A DNA stretch of 62,075 bases, from assembly GCA_030535285.1 (NCBI GenBank), contig JAUMXX010000001.1:1-62075 (forward strand), written 5' to 3'. Below are positions 36,301 through 45,609 of this stretch, piece by piece. Position 1 is the first letter of the stretch; each line of letters opens with the position of its first letter. The position numbers were made by a program, and so were the translations under genes. A model generated the notes under the pieces. The model ran no database searches, was not told where the DNA came from, and saw only the letters and a program-made list of their open reading frames with translations. This DNA comes from a bacterium (GTDB lineage Bacteria > Bacillota > Clostridia > Oscillospirales > Acutalibacteraceae).

Positions 36301-38010
36301 TTACTTGATTATTTTAAATTTTTCAAGTGCTTTAATGAATTTTTTGCCTTTTGGAAGCGATAAAATGTCTTCACGGTCAATTATTTTAAGCAAAATAACG
36401 AAAATCAAGTATATTATACCACCAGTTACTATGCCGCCGGCCGTCGAAATAAGATTTCCCAGATCAACACTGTTAAGTACCCTTGCTACAGCGTAGGCTG
36501 CAAAACCACATGCAAGTGCCGCAATAAAAGGTTTAAAAAGGATTTTATAAATATCCGGCACAACCTTTGTGTGTTTCACAATACAAATATAGTCTGCAAT
36601 CATTATAAACATATAGCAACATAATGTGCCCACGCAGGCACCTACAATATTTATTGAAGGATTTCCGACAAGCACAAAATTTATTACTATTTTTATAATT
36701 GCGCCGATAGCAATATTTCTGACCGGAACCATCTGTTTCCCTATTGCCTGCAGGATGCAGGTCAAAGGAATTGTTATGCCGGCAAAAACCGAAGCGATAC
36801 CCAACACAAGCAACATAGGCGCGCCTATTTCAACCGAGGCCGTACTGTTATACATGAGTTCCATAATCTGCGGTGACAGGGCTGCCATTCCCAAACCTGC
36901 CGGCAGAGCAATTATTGCGGCAGTTTTTATAACTGTCTCAAGATTTGTTTTTATTCCGTTTCGATCGTTTTTGGTCCACATCTCTGCCAAGACCGGAATT
37001 GCACCAACCCCTAAAGCAGAAGTGATGGTGGGAATAAGATTAAACATGGTGTACGCCTTTGACCTTATTCCGTAAAGAAATGTCGGGATTTGTGCATCTG
37101 TTAAGGCTGTCGAAGATGCACTGTCATACGCCTTTATGGACTCGGCGTACATTGAGCGAATAACCTCTCCGCTACGATCCATAACACTCCTCAGCAACCA
37201 CTTCACCATCGTAACATCAATCATATTCGCAATATTTGTAGCAAGCGAACTTAAAACAACAGGTATGGCAATCATCAACAGCAGTTTCAAAACCCTTCGC
37301 TGTGTTCTCGGTTCGGGTGACGACTCAAGTTCATCCGAAGTCAAAATCGCGCCGTCTTTTTTATATTTTATTCTCAAATAACCTGCAGCAAAGACGGTTC
37401 CGACCGTTATGCCGGTCATAGCCCCCGCCGCCGCAAATGCAACATTATTTGTAAGTTTCAAAATTATATAGGCAAAACTTAACCCCAAAATAAGTTTTCC
37501 CAGCGCCTCGATTACCTCAGAAATTGCAGTGGGGTACATATCCCTGAGTCCCTCATAATATCCGCGGTAGGTCGAAATAACGCAGCAAAAAACCAACGCC
37601 GGCACGATTGCAAGCATACTCGGAAGTGTACTGTTCAGACTTATTCCACCCTCGGTTATATACAAAAACGGCCAGATTGCAATAAGCATAATTGCAAACC
37701 CTGTGAATCCCGTAACAAAAAAGGCCTTTCTTGCCACCTTTAAAGTTACGCCAACATCGCGATACCGTTTTTGCGCCATATTCTCAGCAATCATTCTTGA
37801 TAGCGCGACCGGCAACCCCGCCATAGCCAAAGCATAGATAGGCAGGTAAAGATCGTATGCAGACGAAAAATATCCGAAACCTAAATCACCTATCAAGTTT
37901 GACAACGGTATCTTAAAAATAGCACCGATCACCTTAACAAGTGCAGTCGCGGCAACCAAAACCATCGCACCATGTAAAAATGATTGTTGTTTTCTTTTGT
38001 TTGCTTCCAT
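36301..38010 (-). CDS. MOP-superfamily flippase (YabM / SpoVB / MurJ-like polysaccharide biosynthesis protein)
   Basis: It has about 14 TM segments and an N-terminal LHGAMVLVAATALVKVIGAIFKIPL. It sits upstream of mazG, like B. subtilis yabM. The ATG at 38010 follows GGTGG. Confidence 0.8.
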   Translation of the reverse strand: MEANKRKQQSFLHGAMVLVAATALVKVIGAIFKIPLSNLIGDLGFGYFSSAYDLYLPIYALAMAGLPVALSRMIAENMAQKRYRDVGVTLKVARKAFFVTGFTGFAIMLIAIWPFLYITEGGISLNSTLPSMLAIVPALVFCCVISTYRGYYEGLRDMYPTAISEVIEALGKLILGLSFAYIILKLTNNVAFAAAGAMTGITVGTVFAAGYLRIKYKKDGAILTSDELESSPEPRTQRRVLKLLLMIAIPVVLSSLATNIANMIDVTMVKWLLRSVMDRSGEVIRSMYAESIKAYDSASSTALTDAQIPTFLYGIRSKAYTMFNLIPTITSALGVGAIPVLAEMWTKNDRNGIKTNLETVIKTAAIIALPAGLGMAALSPQIMELMYNSTASVEIGAPMLLVLGIASVFAGITIPLTCILQAIGKQMVPVRNIAIGAIIKIVINFVLVGNPSINIVGACVGTLCCYMFIMIADYICIVKHTKVVPDIYKILFKPFIAALACGFAAYAVARVLNSVDLGNLISTAGGIVTGGIIYLIFVILLKIIDREDILSLPKGKKFIKALEKFKIIK

Positions 38011-38211
38011 AATAACCACCATATCGAACACAGGGTGTAATAAAAACCGCTGATGTCTTTACTGTTGCTCGCAGTGCCGCAGCCATAAAAACCAAAAAAC
38101 GCACATTTTTTGTTAACCTGCAACCACCGCGCCGCATCCTTTAAAAATAATCTTTCGGGACAACCTCAACAGTCGTCCCGACCTTTACAGTTTCTTAATC
38201 ACTTGTTGTCT

Positions 38212-38568
38212 TTACAGTTTGTTTCCGCATTTAGAACAAAAAGCTGAACCGGGAATGCTTGTGAACCCACATTCATCACAAACCGTTCCGCCCTTTGCCT
38301 TATTAATTTCCGCCCTTATATCATTTAACTTTTCCTTTTTTGTCCGGATTTCCATAACAACAGCTTCAACCTCGGGATCGAGTTTATCCTCCTGACCGAT
38401 GCTGTTATAATAAATCCTTCCGAGTGCCTCATAATCCTTGCTGATCTGAGAAGATACCGAAGCGGCATTCACCTTCAACTTCTGAACCGAAACAACTTCA
38501 CTGGTTTTCTTCTCAACTGCATCGAAAGCCTCTTTTGCTTTTGATAAAGTATCATCAAATATTCCCAT
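38212..38568 (-). CDS. zinc-ribbon domain protein with N-terminal helical region
   Basis: The C-terminal CDECG...CSKCG forms a CxxC-x14-CxxC zinc ribbon. Length is 118 aa. Confidence 0.7.
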   Translation of the reverse strand: MGIFDDTLSKAKEAFDAVEKKTSEVVSVQKLKVNAASVSSQISKDYEALGRIYYNSIGQEDKLDPEVEAVVMEIRTKKEKLNDIRAEINKAKGGTVCDECGFTSIPGSAFCSKCGNKL

Positions 38569-38698
38569 AATAATATCTCCCCTTCATATTATATATTTTT
38601 TATTTTATGATTGTTTAAATCTATACGACGCCGGAAATCTATTTAAAATATCCGATGTCTATTATAATTATATTAACATATGACCGCGATCGTTTCAA

Positions 38699-40165
38699 TC
38701 ACTTATGATATTTTTCATAAAAGGTTTTGATTTTTTTCTTACGCCTGATCATTTCGTCAAAACCGCTTATGTATTCATACGGGTATTTATAATTAAAAAT
38801 GCGTTCGATTTTATCACCGTTCGGCTGACGCAGTTTCGTAACAGCCGAGGCACCGCAAGCAAGTATTGTATGAGTCTCATCCATTATATACACATTATAT
38901 ATTCCCTCAAAACCAGGCCTTGCATAGCCTACATTTTCCAAATTTCCGACAGTTTTTCCCTGGCGGTACATATAATACGGAACGAGTCCTGCCTCACTCA
39001 ACCTGATCCTTGAATACTCCTGCATTTTTGCCGCTGTGGCACCCTGTTCGATTCCGTAAAACAACGCCTGCTTCATCAGATTCGAAGCTCGTTTAAGCGA
39101 AAGGGTATGTACCGTTATACTCTCGGGTTGAAGTTCGATAAGTTTATCAACCGAACCTTTAAAACTTTCGTAGGTGTCGGTGGAAAGACCCGCAATTAAA
39201 TCCATATTAATATTATTAAACCCCAGATCTCTTGCCATTTTAAACGCCTGTTGGGTTTGCTCGCTGTTGTGACCTCTTCCGATTGCTTTGAGCACACGGT
39301 CATTCATGGTCTGCGGATTTATGCTTATTCTGGTTGCCGCGTTTTCACGTATTACAATCAGTTTTTTATCGGTTATCGTATCGGGTCTGCCTGCTTCAAC
39401 GGTATATTCCTCAACTCTGCTCAGATCAAAATTGTATGCAATTTCCTTCATTATTCTTTCAAGCTGATCAGCCTCCAATATGGTGGGAGTGCCGCCGCCG
39501 ATATAAACCGTCTGTAATTGCAATCCGCAATCATATGCAATTGCGGCTGTTTGCCTTATTTCCTCACATAACAACTCAACATATTCGGGAATTAATTTTT
39601 TAGCCGCCGCAACCGAATGGGAAACAAATGAACAGTAACTACACCTTGACGGACAAAAGGGGATTGAAATATAAAGACTAAAGGAATTGCCCCTCGACCG
39701 TGAAATAATCTCCTGTTCATGTTCTAAACAGGTTTGGCACAACTTCGCCTTGGCATCACTCACAAACAGTTGTGTCTTGAAAAACTCAAGACCCTTTTGC
39801 TTGCCCATTTCACCGCATATGTTTGAAAGCAGTCTTGCGGGACGAACCCCCGTTAAGATTCCCCATTCAACCTGAAAACCGGTCAACTCACAAAGGCACA
39901 AGTATAGAAGTTGTGCCATAATAAGTTCGTACTCCCGTTTGTCAACATCCGAAGCCGTTTCCCTTTGTTTTTCAATATATCTTCCGTCGGCCGAAACGGC
40001 TGTCTTCAAACAGGTCTTATCTGTATCAGATTTTATCTGGGTTAAAACATAATTGCCGGTGCAAACTTCATAATCTACAAACTCAAACTTTTCAAAAGGC
40101 AAAAACAGTCTGCAAACCTTTTCGAGTTCGTATTTAAAATCATGGTTAATTAATGAGAATATCAT
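38699..40165 (-). CDS. hemZ: radical SAM coproporphyrinogen-dehydrogenase-like protein (HemZ/HemN family)
   Basis: It has a CPSRCSYCSF (CxxxCxxC) radical-SAM cluster site and a HemN-type C-terminus. The ATG at 40165 lies 1 nt after the upstream stop. Confidence 0.82.
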   Translation of the reverse strand: MIFSLINHDFKYELEKVCRLFLPFEKFEFVDYEVCTGNYVLTQIKSDTDKTCLKTAVSADGRYIEKQRETASDVDKREYELIMAQLLYLCLCELTGFQVEWGILTGVRPARLLSNICGEMGKQKGLEFFKTQLFVSDAKAKLCQTCLEHEQEIISRSRGNSFSLYISIPFCPSRCSYCSFVSHSVAAAKKLIPEYVELLCEEIRQTAAIAYDCGLQLQTVYIGGGTPTILEADQLERIMKEIAYNFDLSRVEEYTVEAGRPDTITDKKLIVIRENAATRISINPQTMNDRVLKAIGRGHNSEQTQQAFKMARDLGFNNINMDLIAGLSTDTYESFKGSVDKLIELQPESITVHTLSLKRASNLMKQALFYGIEQGATAAKMQEYSRIRLSEAGLVPYYMYRQGKTVGNLENVGYARPGFEGIYNVYIMDETHTILACGASAVTKLRQPNGDKIERIFNYKYPYEYISGFDEMIRRKKKIKTFYEKYHK

Positions 40166-40166
40166 A

Positions 40167-40817
40167 CTAATCACCACATCCCTTACAGGATACAAACTCC
40201 GACAAATAGGGGTTGTGCTGCTTTTCAAAACTTAATCGGGTCTTGACCCCATGGCCGGGATAAACCTCACGGTCCTTTGAAATGTTGCACAGCTTTTCAA
40301 GTGATTTTTTAAGCTGTGAAAAATCACCCGTGGGTAAATCGGTTCTGCCGACGCTTCCTTTAAAAAGGGTATCGCCCGAAAAAATTTTGTCATCTATTAT
40401 ATAACAAACTCCGCCGACGGTATGTCCCGGAGTATGTAAAACCTTGATTTTTATATCCCCGAAAGAGAGTTCATCTCCATCAGAAACACATTTCTCCCGC
40501 CCCCGCTTTGTCGGTACAAAGTTATACTGCGGCATCAAATCTGCTAAATTAACCGAAACATCGAACAGACACTCTGAATCCTGCTTATGCACAACAATCG
40601 GCACATTTAATAATTCTGATAATTGAAAGACCGCAACCATATGATCTGCGTGTCGGTGGGTTAACAACACCGCTTTTACTTTATTTCTGCTATTTAACAA
40701 ATATCCCTCAAGTTGTGCTGTCATAAATCCCGGATCAATTATAACTGCTGATGATTGGGTTTCTACTATATAACAATTAGCACCCATGGGTCCGGATTCT
40801 ATTGTCGTTATTTTCAA
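40167..40817 (-). CDS. MBL-fold metallo-hydrolase (glyoxalase II-like)
   Basis: It carries the THRHADH (HxHxDH) motif and TPGHT. The TTG at 40817 lies 8 nt after GGAGG and overlaps the dtd stop as TTGA. The ORF track starts at 40832. Confidence 0.85.
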   Translation of the reverse strand: MKITTIESGPMGANCYIVETQSSAVIIDPGFMTAQLEGYLLNSRNKVKAVLLTHRHADHMVAVFQLSELLNVPIVVHKQDSECLFDVSVNLADLMPQYNFVPTKRGREKCVSDGDELSFGDIKIKVLHTPGHTVGGVCYIIDDKIFSGDTLFKGSVGRTDLPTGDFSQLKKSLEKLCNISKDREVYPGHGVKTRLSFEKQHNPYLSEFVSCKGCGD

Positions 40818-41272
40818 ATGTTTTTCCTCCAAATTTTTGTGTCAAGCGTAATTGTAAACGGTCCGTCAAGAACAGAATGAATTTTCATATCAGCACCAAA
40901 TTCTCCACATTCAACCGTAATTCCCAATTCTCTCAAATCCTTAACAAAAAGGTTGTAGAGTTGGTTGGCGCCATCGGGTCGCATTGCATTACAAAATGAC
41001 GGTCGGTTTCCCTTTTTAACATCGGCGCACAGTGTAAAATTAGGCACTGCCAAAGCCTTTGAACCTGTATCCTTTAAAGACAAATTAATCTTATCGTTAC
41101 TGTCAGCAAAAATCCGCAATTTTGCTACCTTTTCGGCAAGCATTTGAGCATCTGCGTCTGTGTCATCCGAAAAAACCCCGACAAGAACCAACAAGCCTTT
41201 TTCAACACTTCCGACAACTCTTTTATCTACATTTACCTGTGCACTTTGCACCCTTTGAACCGTTGCTATCAT
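40814..41272 (-). CDS. dtd: D-aminoacyl-tRNA deacylase
   Basis: It begins MIATVQRVQSAQVNV...GLLVLVGV and has the C-terminal NDGPFT-like DGPFTI. Confidence 0.93.
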   Translation of the reverse strand: MIATVQRVQSAQVNVDKRVVGSVEKGLLVLVGVFSDDTDADAQMLAEKVAKLRIFADSNDKINLSLKDTGSKALAVPNFTLCADVKKGNRPSFCNAMRPDGANQLYNLFVKDLRELGITVECGEFGADMKIHSVLDGPFTITLDTKIWRKNI

Positions 41273-41283
41273 TTCGTTTTCAC

Positions 41284-43467
41284 CTACTGATTAGTTCTGT
41301 CCACGCTTAAAACGCCGTCGATTTTTAAGAGTTTCGCGCAGATAGATTTCAAATGTTCCAGACTTTCAATACTTAATGTAACGGTCATTACGCAGTTTCC
41401 GGTTTTCAATTCCCTTGCATTGACAGCGTGTATCGCCACATGCATGTTTGACAAAGCCACCGAAACATCCGCAAGTATTCCGGGTCGATCAATGCAAAGC
41501 AACTGTAATGTGCATTTAAAGTTATGCGGAACAGAACTTGACCAATGTGCACTAACCCATCTTGCCGGCTCCTCGCTTTTTGATAAATCCGCAGGAACAT
41601 TGTTGCAATCTGTTTTGTGGATTGACACGCCATGCCCCCTTGTAATGTATCCTATTATTGTATCACCCGGAAGCGGCGCACAACACTTTGAAAGTTTGAC
41701 AAGACAATTATCCATACCCTCAACTACCACGCCCTCTGTTGACCTTGAATGGATATGTTTTTGCTCGACAAACTCCGGTACATCTCCCTGTTTGACAGAC
41801 TTTATAGCCTTATTATAGTCCTCTTTAATCTTAGGCATTATGCGAGACATTAGTATTCCGCCATATCCGATAGCGGCATAAAAATCCTCTACACTGTTAC
41901 ATTTTTGCCGTTGAGCAACCTCACTGATGAGTTTGTCATATTCACCGTCATCAAGACGTATACCGTTGCGGCTGAACTCACGTTCCAGTTCGGCTTTGCC
42001 TGCAACAATGTTCTCAGCCCGACGTTCCTTTTTGTACCAGGATCTTATCTTATTTCTTGCTTGGGTAGTTTTTGCAATATTAAGCCAATCCCTGCTCGGT
42101 CCGCGACCGACCTGGGACGTTGTCAGTATTTCAATTATTTCTCCGGTTTTTATTTCGTGACTGAGTTGAACGATTTTACCGTCACATTTTGCGCCAATCA
42201 TACGATTTCCAACCGCACTGTGAATTGCATATGCAAAGTCTACAATTGTCGAACCGACCGGAAGATTTATAACATCACCTTTCGGCGTAACTGCAAACAC
42301 ATCTTCCTGCGCCAAATCAGTTTTAATTGTCTGAATAACATCCTCGGTGTCATCCTCTTTTTGAATTTCAAGTATCTGACGAATCCAGGAAAGACGTTCT
42401 TCCATCGCCCTGTCGGTCTTTTTGATCCCCTCTTTGTACTTCCAATGAGCAGCAATTCCATACTCTGCTGTATGGTGCATTTCCCAGGTTCTTATCTGTA
42501 TCTCAAAAGGAATTGCATCACGGCCGATTACGGTTGTATGCAATGACTGATACATATTCGGCTTCGGGGTGGAGATGTAATCCTTAAACCTGCCCGGAAT
42601 AGGACGAAACATATCATGAATAACACCCAGAATATTGTAACAATTGTTAACGGTGTCGGTAATAACCCTCACAGCGTACACATCATATATTTCATCAAAT
42701 GACTTCCCTTGGACATACATCTTTCTGTATATTCCGTGGATTGATTTGACCCTGCCCTCAAGATAAATATTATCAACATCGTTTTTGAGTTTCGCTTCTA
42801 TTTTTTCCTGTATATGATTTAAAAACTTCTCGCGGTATGCTTTTTTTGAAGACAAAAGACCTTCAATTTCGTTGCACGCAACCGGGTCAAGATGCTTTAT
42901 TGCCAGATCCTCAAGTTCTTCTTTTACTGCTCTGATACCGAGTCGATGTGCAATCGGCGCGTAGACCTCGAGTGTTTCAAGTGATTTATCCCTTTGTTTT
43001 TGTTCATCAAGTGAATCAATCGTTCTCATGTTATGCAAACGGTCTGCCAATTTAATAATTATTACCCTGATATCCTTTGCCATCGCAATAAGCATTTTGC
43101 GAATATTCTCGGACTGTTGCTCGCGTGCAGTAAGTTGGAATTTGCCCAACTTTGTAACACCGTCGACCAACATTACAACCATCTTTCCAAACTCTTTCTC
43201 GACATCCTCAAGCGTAACTTCTGTATCTTCAATGACATCGTGAAGCAATGCCGCTACGATTGATTCGGTATCCATACCGAGAGAAACAAGCAACGTAGCA
43301 ACATTTACCGGATGTGAATAGAACGGTTCCCCCGACTTTCTCTTTTGATTCGAATGTGCCTTTACACAAAAATTATAGGCTTTGGTTATAAGTTCCCGAT
43401 CGTAACTGCCGCCCTGTTCGTCCATAGCTTTATTTATTTTCTCTAAAAAAATATCGTTATCCGCCAT
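41284..43467 (-). CDS. relA: bifunctional (p)ppGpp synthetase/hydrolase (Rel/RSH)
   Basis: It has an HD domain (HPVNVA...LHDVIEDT), a synthetase domain (YQSLHTTV), and TGS and ACT domains. The ATG at 43467 follows GGTGA and overlaps the recJ 3' end by 11 nt. Confidence 0.95.
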   Translation of the reverse strand: MADNDIFLEKINKAMDEQGGSYDRELITKAYNFCVKAHSNQKRKSGEPFYSHPVNVATLLVSLGMDTESIVAALLHDVIEDTEVTLEDVEKEFGKMVVMLVDGVTKLGKFQLTAREQQSENIRKMLIAMAKDIRVIIIKLADRLHNMRTIDSLDEQKQRDKSLETLEVYAPIAHRLGIRAVKEELEDLAIKHLDPVACNEIEGLLSSKKAYREKFLNHIQEKIEAKLKNDVDNIYLEGRVKSIHGIYRKMYVQGKSFDEIYDVYAVRVITDTVNNCYNILGVIHDMFRPIPGRFKDYISTPKPNMYQSLHTTVIGRDAIPFEIQIRTWEMHHTAEYGIAAHWKYKEGIKKTDRAMEERLSWIRQILEIQKEDDTEDVIQTIKTDLAQEDVFAVTPKGDVINLPVGSTIVDFAYAIHSAVGNRMIGAKCDGKIVQLSHEIKTGEIIEILTTSQVGRGPSRDWLNIAKTTQARNKIRSWYKKERRAENIVAGKAELEREFSRNGIRLDDGEYDKLISEVAQRQKCNSVEDFYAAIGYGGILMSRIMPKIKEDYNKAIKSVKQGDVPEFVEQKHIHSRSTEGVVVEGMDNCLVKLSKCCAPLPGDTIIGYITRGHGVSIHKTDCNNVPADLSKSEEPARWVSAHWSSSVPHNFKCTLQLLCIDRPGILADVSVALSNMHVAIHAVNARELKTGNCVMTVTLSIESLEHLKSICAKLLKIDGVLSVDRTNQ

Positions 43468-45496
43468 TGTTATCACCTTTAACTTCATTGAGTCGTTTAA
43501 GTAACAAGGAACTGTCAAAATCAGCCTTTTGGGTAATATGGTTAAGTTCCAAGTACAGCACCGAGTCAATCATCTTCTTTTTAAGTATTCCTAACTCGGT
43601 TAAAATGTCGGCTGAAATCAACAACTTGCCCACACATAACTCGTTATTCAGCGCATTAACCGCCCTGTCAACCGAAACTCTTCCGCCACAGACTGCCAGA
43701 TACCTGAATAATATTGCCGTTTCTCTTCTCGTCGGTATCAGTTTGTCAACAGATTCCGCCGTTATCTTTCCCGCACACACCTGATTATATCGGTTAAGTT
43801 GTTGCTCAAACTCAGACCAATCTATGCCTGATTTACGAACATCTTTTATTGTGACCGATACACTTTCGGTGTTATTGAAACTGTTTATATCAATTGTAAC
43901 CGCTAAATCTACAGTCTCTCCCACCGGATAGTCCCATTGTTCGCGGGTGCACCTGAACATCAAGGCGTAAAAGTATGTGCCGTCTCTTGAAAATTTGATT
44001 TTTAGGTGCTTATTTTCGCCTATTGGATTAATTGCCTCTATTTTTACATTAAATAGTCCAAAAACCGGTCTGGGATTTCCGACTCCATACGGTTGTAAAA
44101 CGTCAAGTGCCCGAACCATGTCACACGAAAGTGCCGCGGGATTTAGTTTGCAGTCAAGTTTCACGGATGAAAACGGTATGTCGATACCAACCGCATATTC
44201 GTGTAACTTATCTTCAAAATCCTTGATTTTATCGGTTTTTACCGCCAAACCTGCTGCCATTTCATGTCCGCCGAAGCGTTCAAGCAGGCCACCGCAAAAT
44301 TCAAGCGCTTTGAAAAGATTAAGCCCCTCAACACTTCTGCCCGAACCGTACGCTATATCACCCTGTACCGACAAAACGACCGCCGGTTTTGCATATCTCT
44401 CAACCAGTTTAGATGCTACGATCCCAATTACTCCGCTGTGCCAATTCTCACCGCTTGCAACCAGGATTTTCTTATTGTTGCAAGCGCTCTCATCAATTTT
44501 TTTGCAAACCGACTCGAAAATTTCCTTTTCAATCTGTTGCCGTTTTATATTATACTCGTTTAATTCCTGCGCCATCTTCAACGCTGTGGCATAATCCTCT
44601 TCTAACAAAAGATCAACCGCGAAGTCTGCCTTTGCCACCCTCCCGGCTGAATTGATTCTCGGCGCCAGCGCGAAGGAAATACTTCCCGCCGCAATCTCCT
44701 TATCCTTTAACCCCGAAACCTCACGCAGTGCAACTATGCCGGGTCTTGTGTCGGCATTTATTAATTTCAATCCCTCTCGCACAACCGTCCTGTTTTCATT
44801 CACAAGCGGCATGACATCAGAAACTGTCCCCAACGCTGCAAGATCAGAGTACTCCACCATTTCTTCGGGTTGCTTGTTTTCTAAAACACAGAGCAGTTTA
44901 TAGGCAACAAAGACCCCCGAAACTTCTTTGAAGAAATTACCCAAATCCCTGTGCGGATCAACCACGGCAACGGCATCGGGAAGTTGTCCGGCAGGCAGGT
45001 GATGGTCGGTAATGACAACATCTATTGACAGCTGTTTTGCCAGTTCAACCTCTTTTATAGAATTAATGCCGTTATCAACCGTTATAATCAGCTTAACACC
45101 CTTGTCTGCTAACTCACGGATTCTTCCGCTATTCATACCGTATCCATCAATTTCACGGTCGGGGATACAATAAATAACATCTGCATTTTTACCCCTTAAA
45201 TATTGCACCAACATAGCAGTTGCGGTGATACCGTCGCAGTCGTAATCTCCGTAAACCGCTATCTTTTGGTTGTTGTCTACCGCTTGCTGTATCCGCCCGG
45301 CCGCCTTTTCAATATCACCCAACAAAAACGGCTCACAAAAATAAGGTTCTTGTGATATAAATTCCTCAAATTCAGCAAAATCACTGTAGCCTCGTGTCAA
45401 GGCAATCAAACAAACAAGCGGATCGGCATTACACTCTTGGGCCAGTTGCATGGCGGCAGCACGGTCACATTCAGGAACTATCCATTTTTTATACAT
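43457..45496 (-). CDS. recJ: single-stranded-DNA-specific exonuclease RecJ
   Basis: It has DHH motifs (GDYDCDGIT, DNG, ITDHH) and a DHHA1 domain (GGHEMAAG). Length is 679 aa. Confidence 0.94.
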   Translation of the reverse strand: MYKKWIVPECDRAAAMQLAQECNADPLVCLIALTRGYSDFAEFEEFISQEPYFCEPFLLGDIEKAAGRIQQAVDNNQKIAVYGDYDCDGITATAMLVQYLRGKNADVIYCIPDREIDGYGMNSGRIRELADKGVKLIITVDNGINSIKEVELAKQLSIDVVITDHHLPAGQLPDAVAVVDPHRDLGNFFKEVSGVFVAYKLLCVLENKQPEEMVEYSDLAALGTVSDVMPLVNENRTVVREGLKLINADTRPGIVALREVSGLKDKEIAAGSISFALAPRINSAGRVAKADFAVDLLLEEDYATALKMAQELNEYNIKRQQIEKEIFESVCKKIDESACNNKKILVASGENWHSGVIGIVASKLVERYAKPAVVLSVQGDIAYGSGRSVEGLNLFKALEFCGGLLERFGGHEMAAGLAVKTDKIKDFEDKLHEYAVGIDIPFSSVKLDCKLNPAALSCDMVRALDVLQPYGVGNPRPVFGLFNVKIEAINPIGENKHLKIKFSRDGTYFYALMFRCTREQWDYPVGETVDLAVTIDINSFNNTESVSVTIKDVRKSGIDWSEFEQQLNRYNQVCAGKITAESVDKLIPTRRETAILFRYLAVCGGRVSVDRAVNALNNELCVGKLLISADILTELGILKKKMIDSVLYLELNHITQKADFDSSLLLKRLNEVKGDNNGG

Positions 45497-45609
45497 ACCG
45501 TCACCACCCCAAAAAAATCTTTATCTTTATTATAATATCAACCCTGATTTTTTACAACTTTTTAACATTTTTACAGACCGTTGTTCGCAAAACACAAAAT
45601 TTTTATTAC

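Noticed and set aside
41905-44594. Plus-strand ORFs of 213 aa (41905-42546) and 205 aa (43977-44594).
   Set aside because: They are antisense to rel and recJ, both unambiguous. The translations are Ser/Cys/Phe-rich nonsense.
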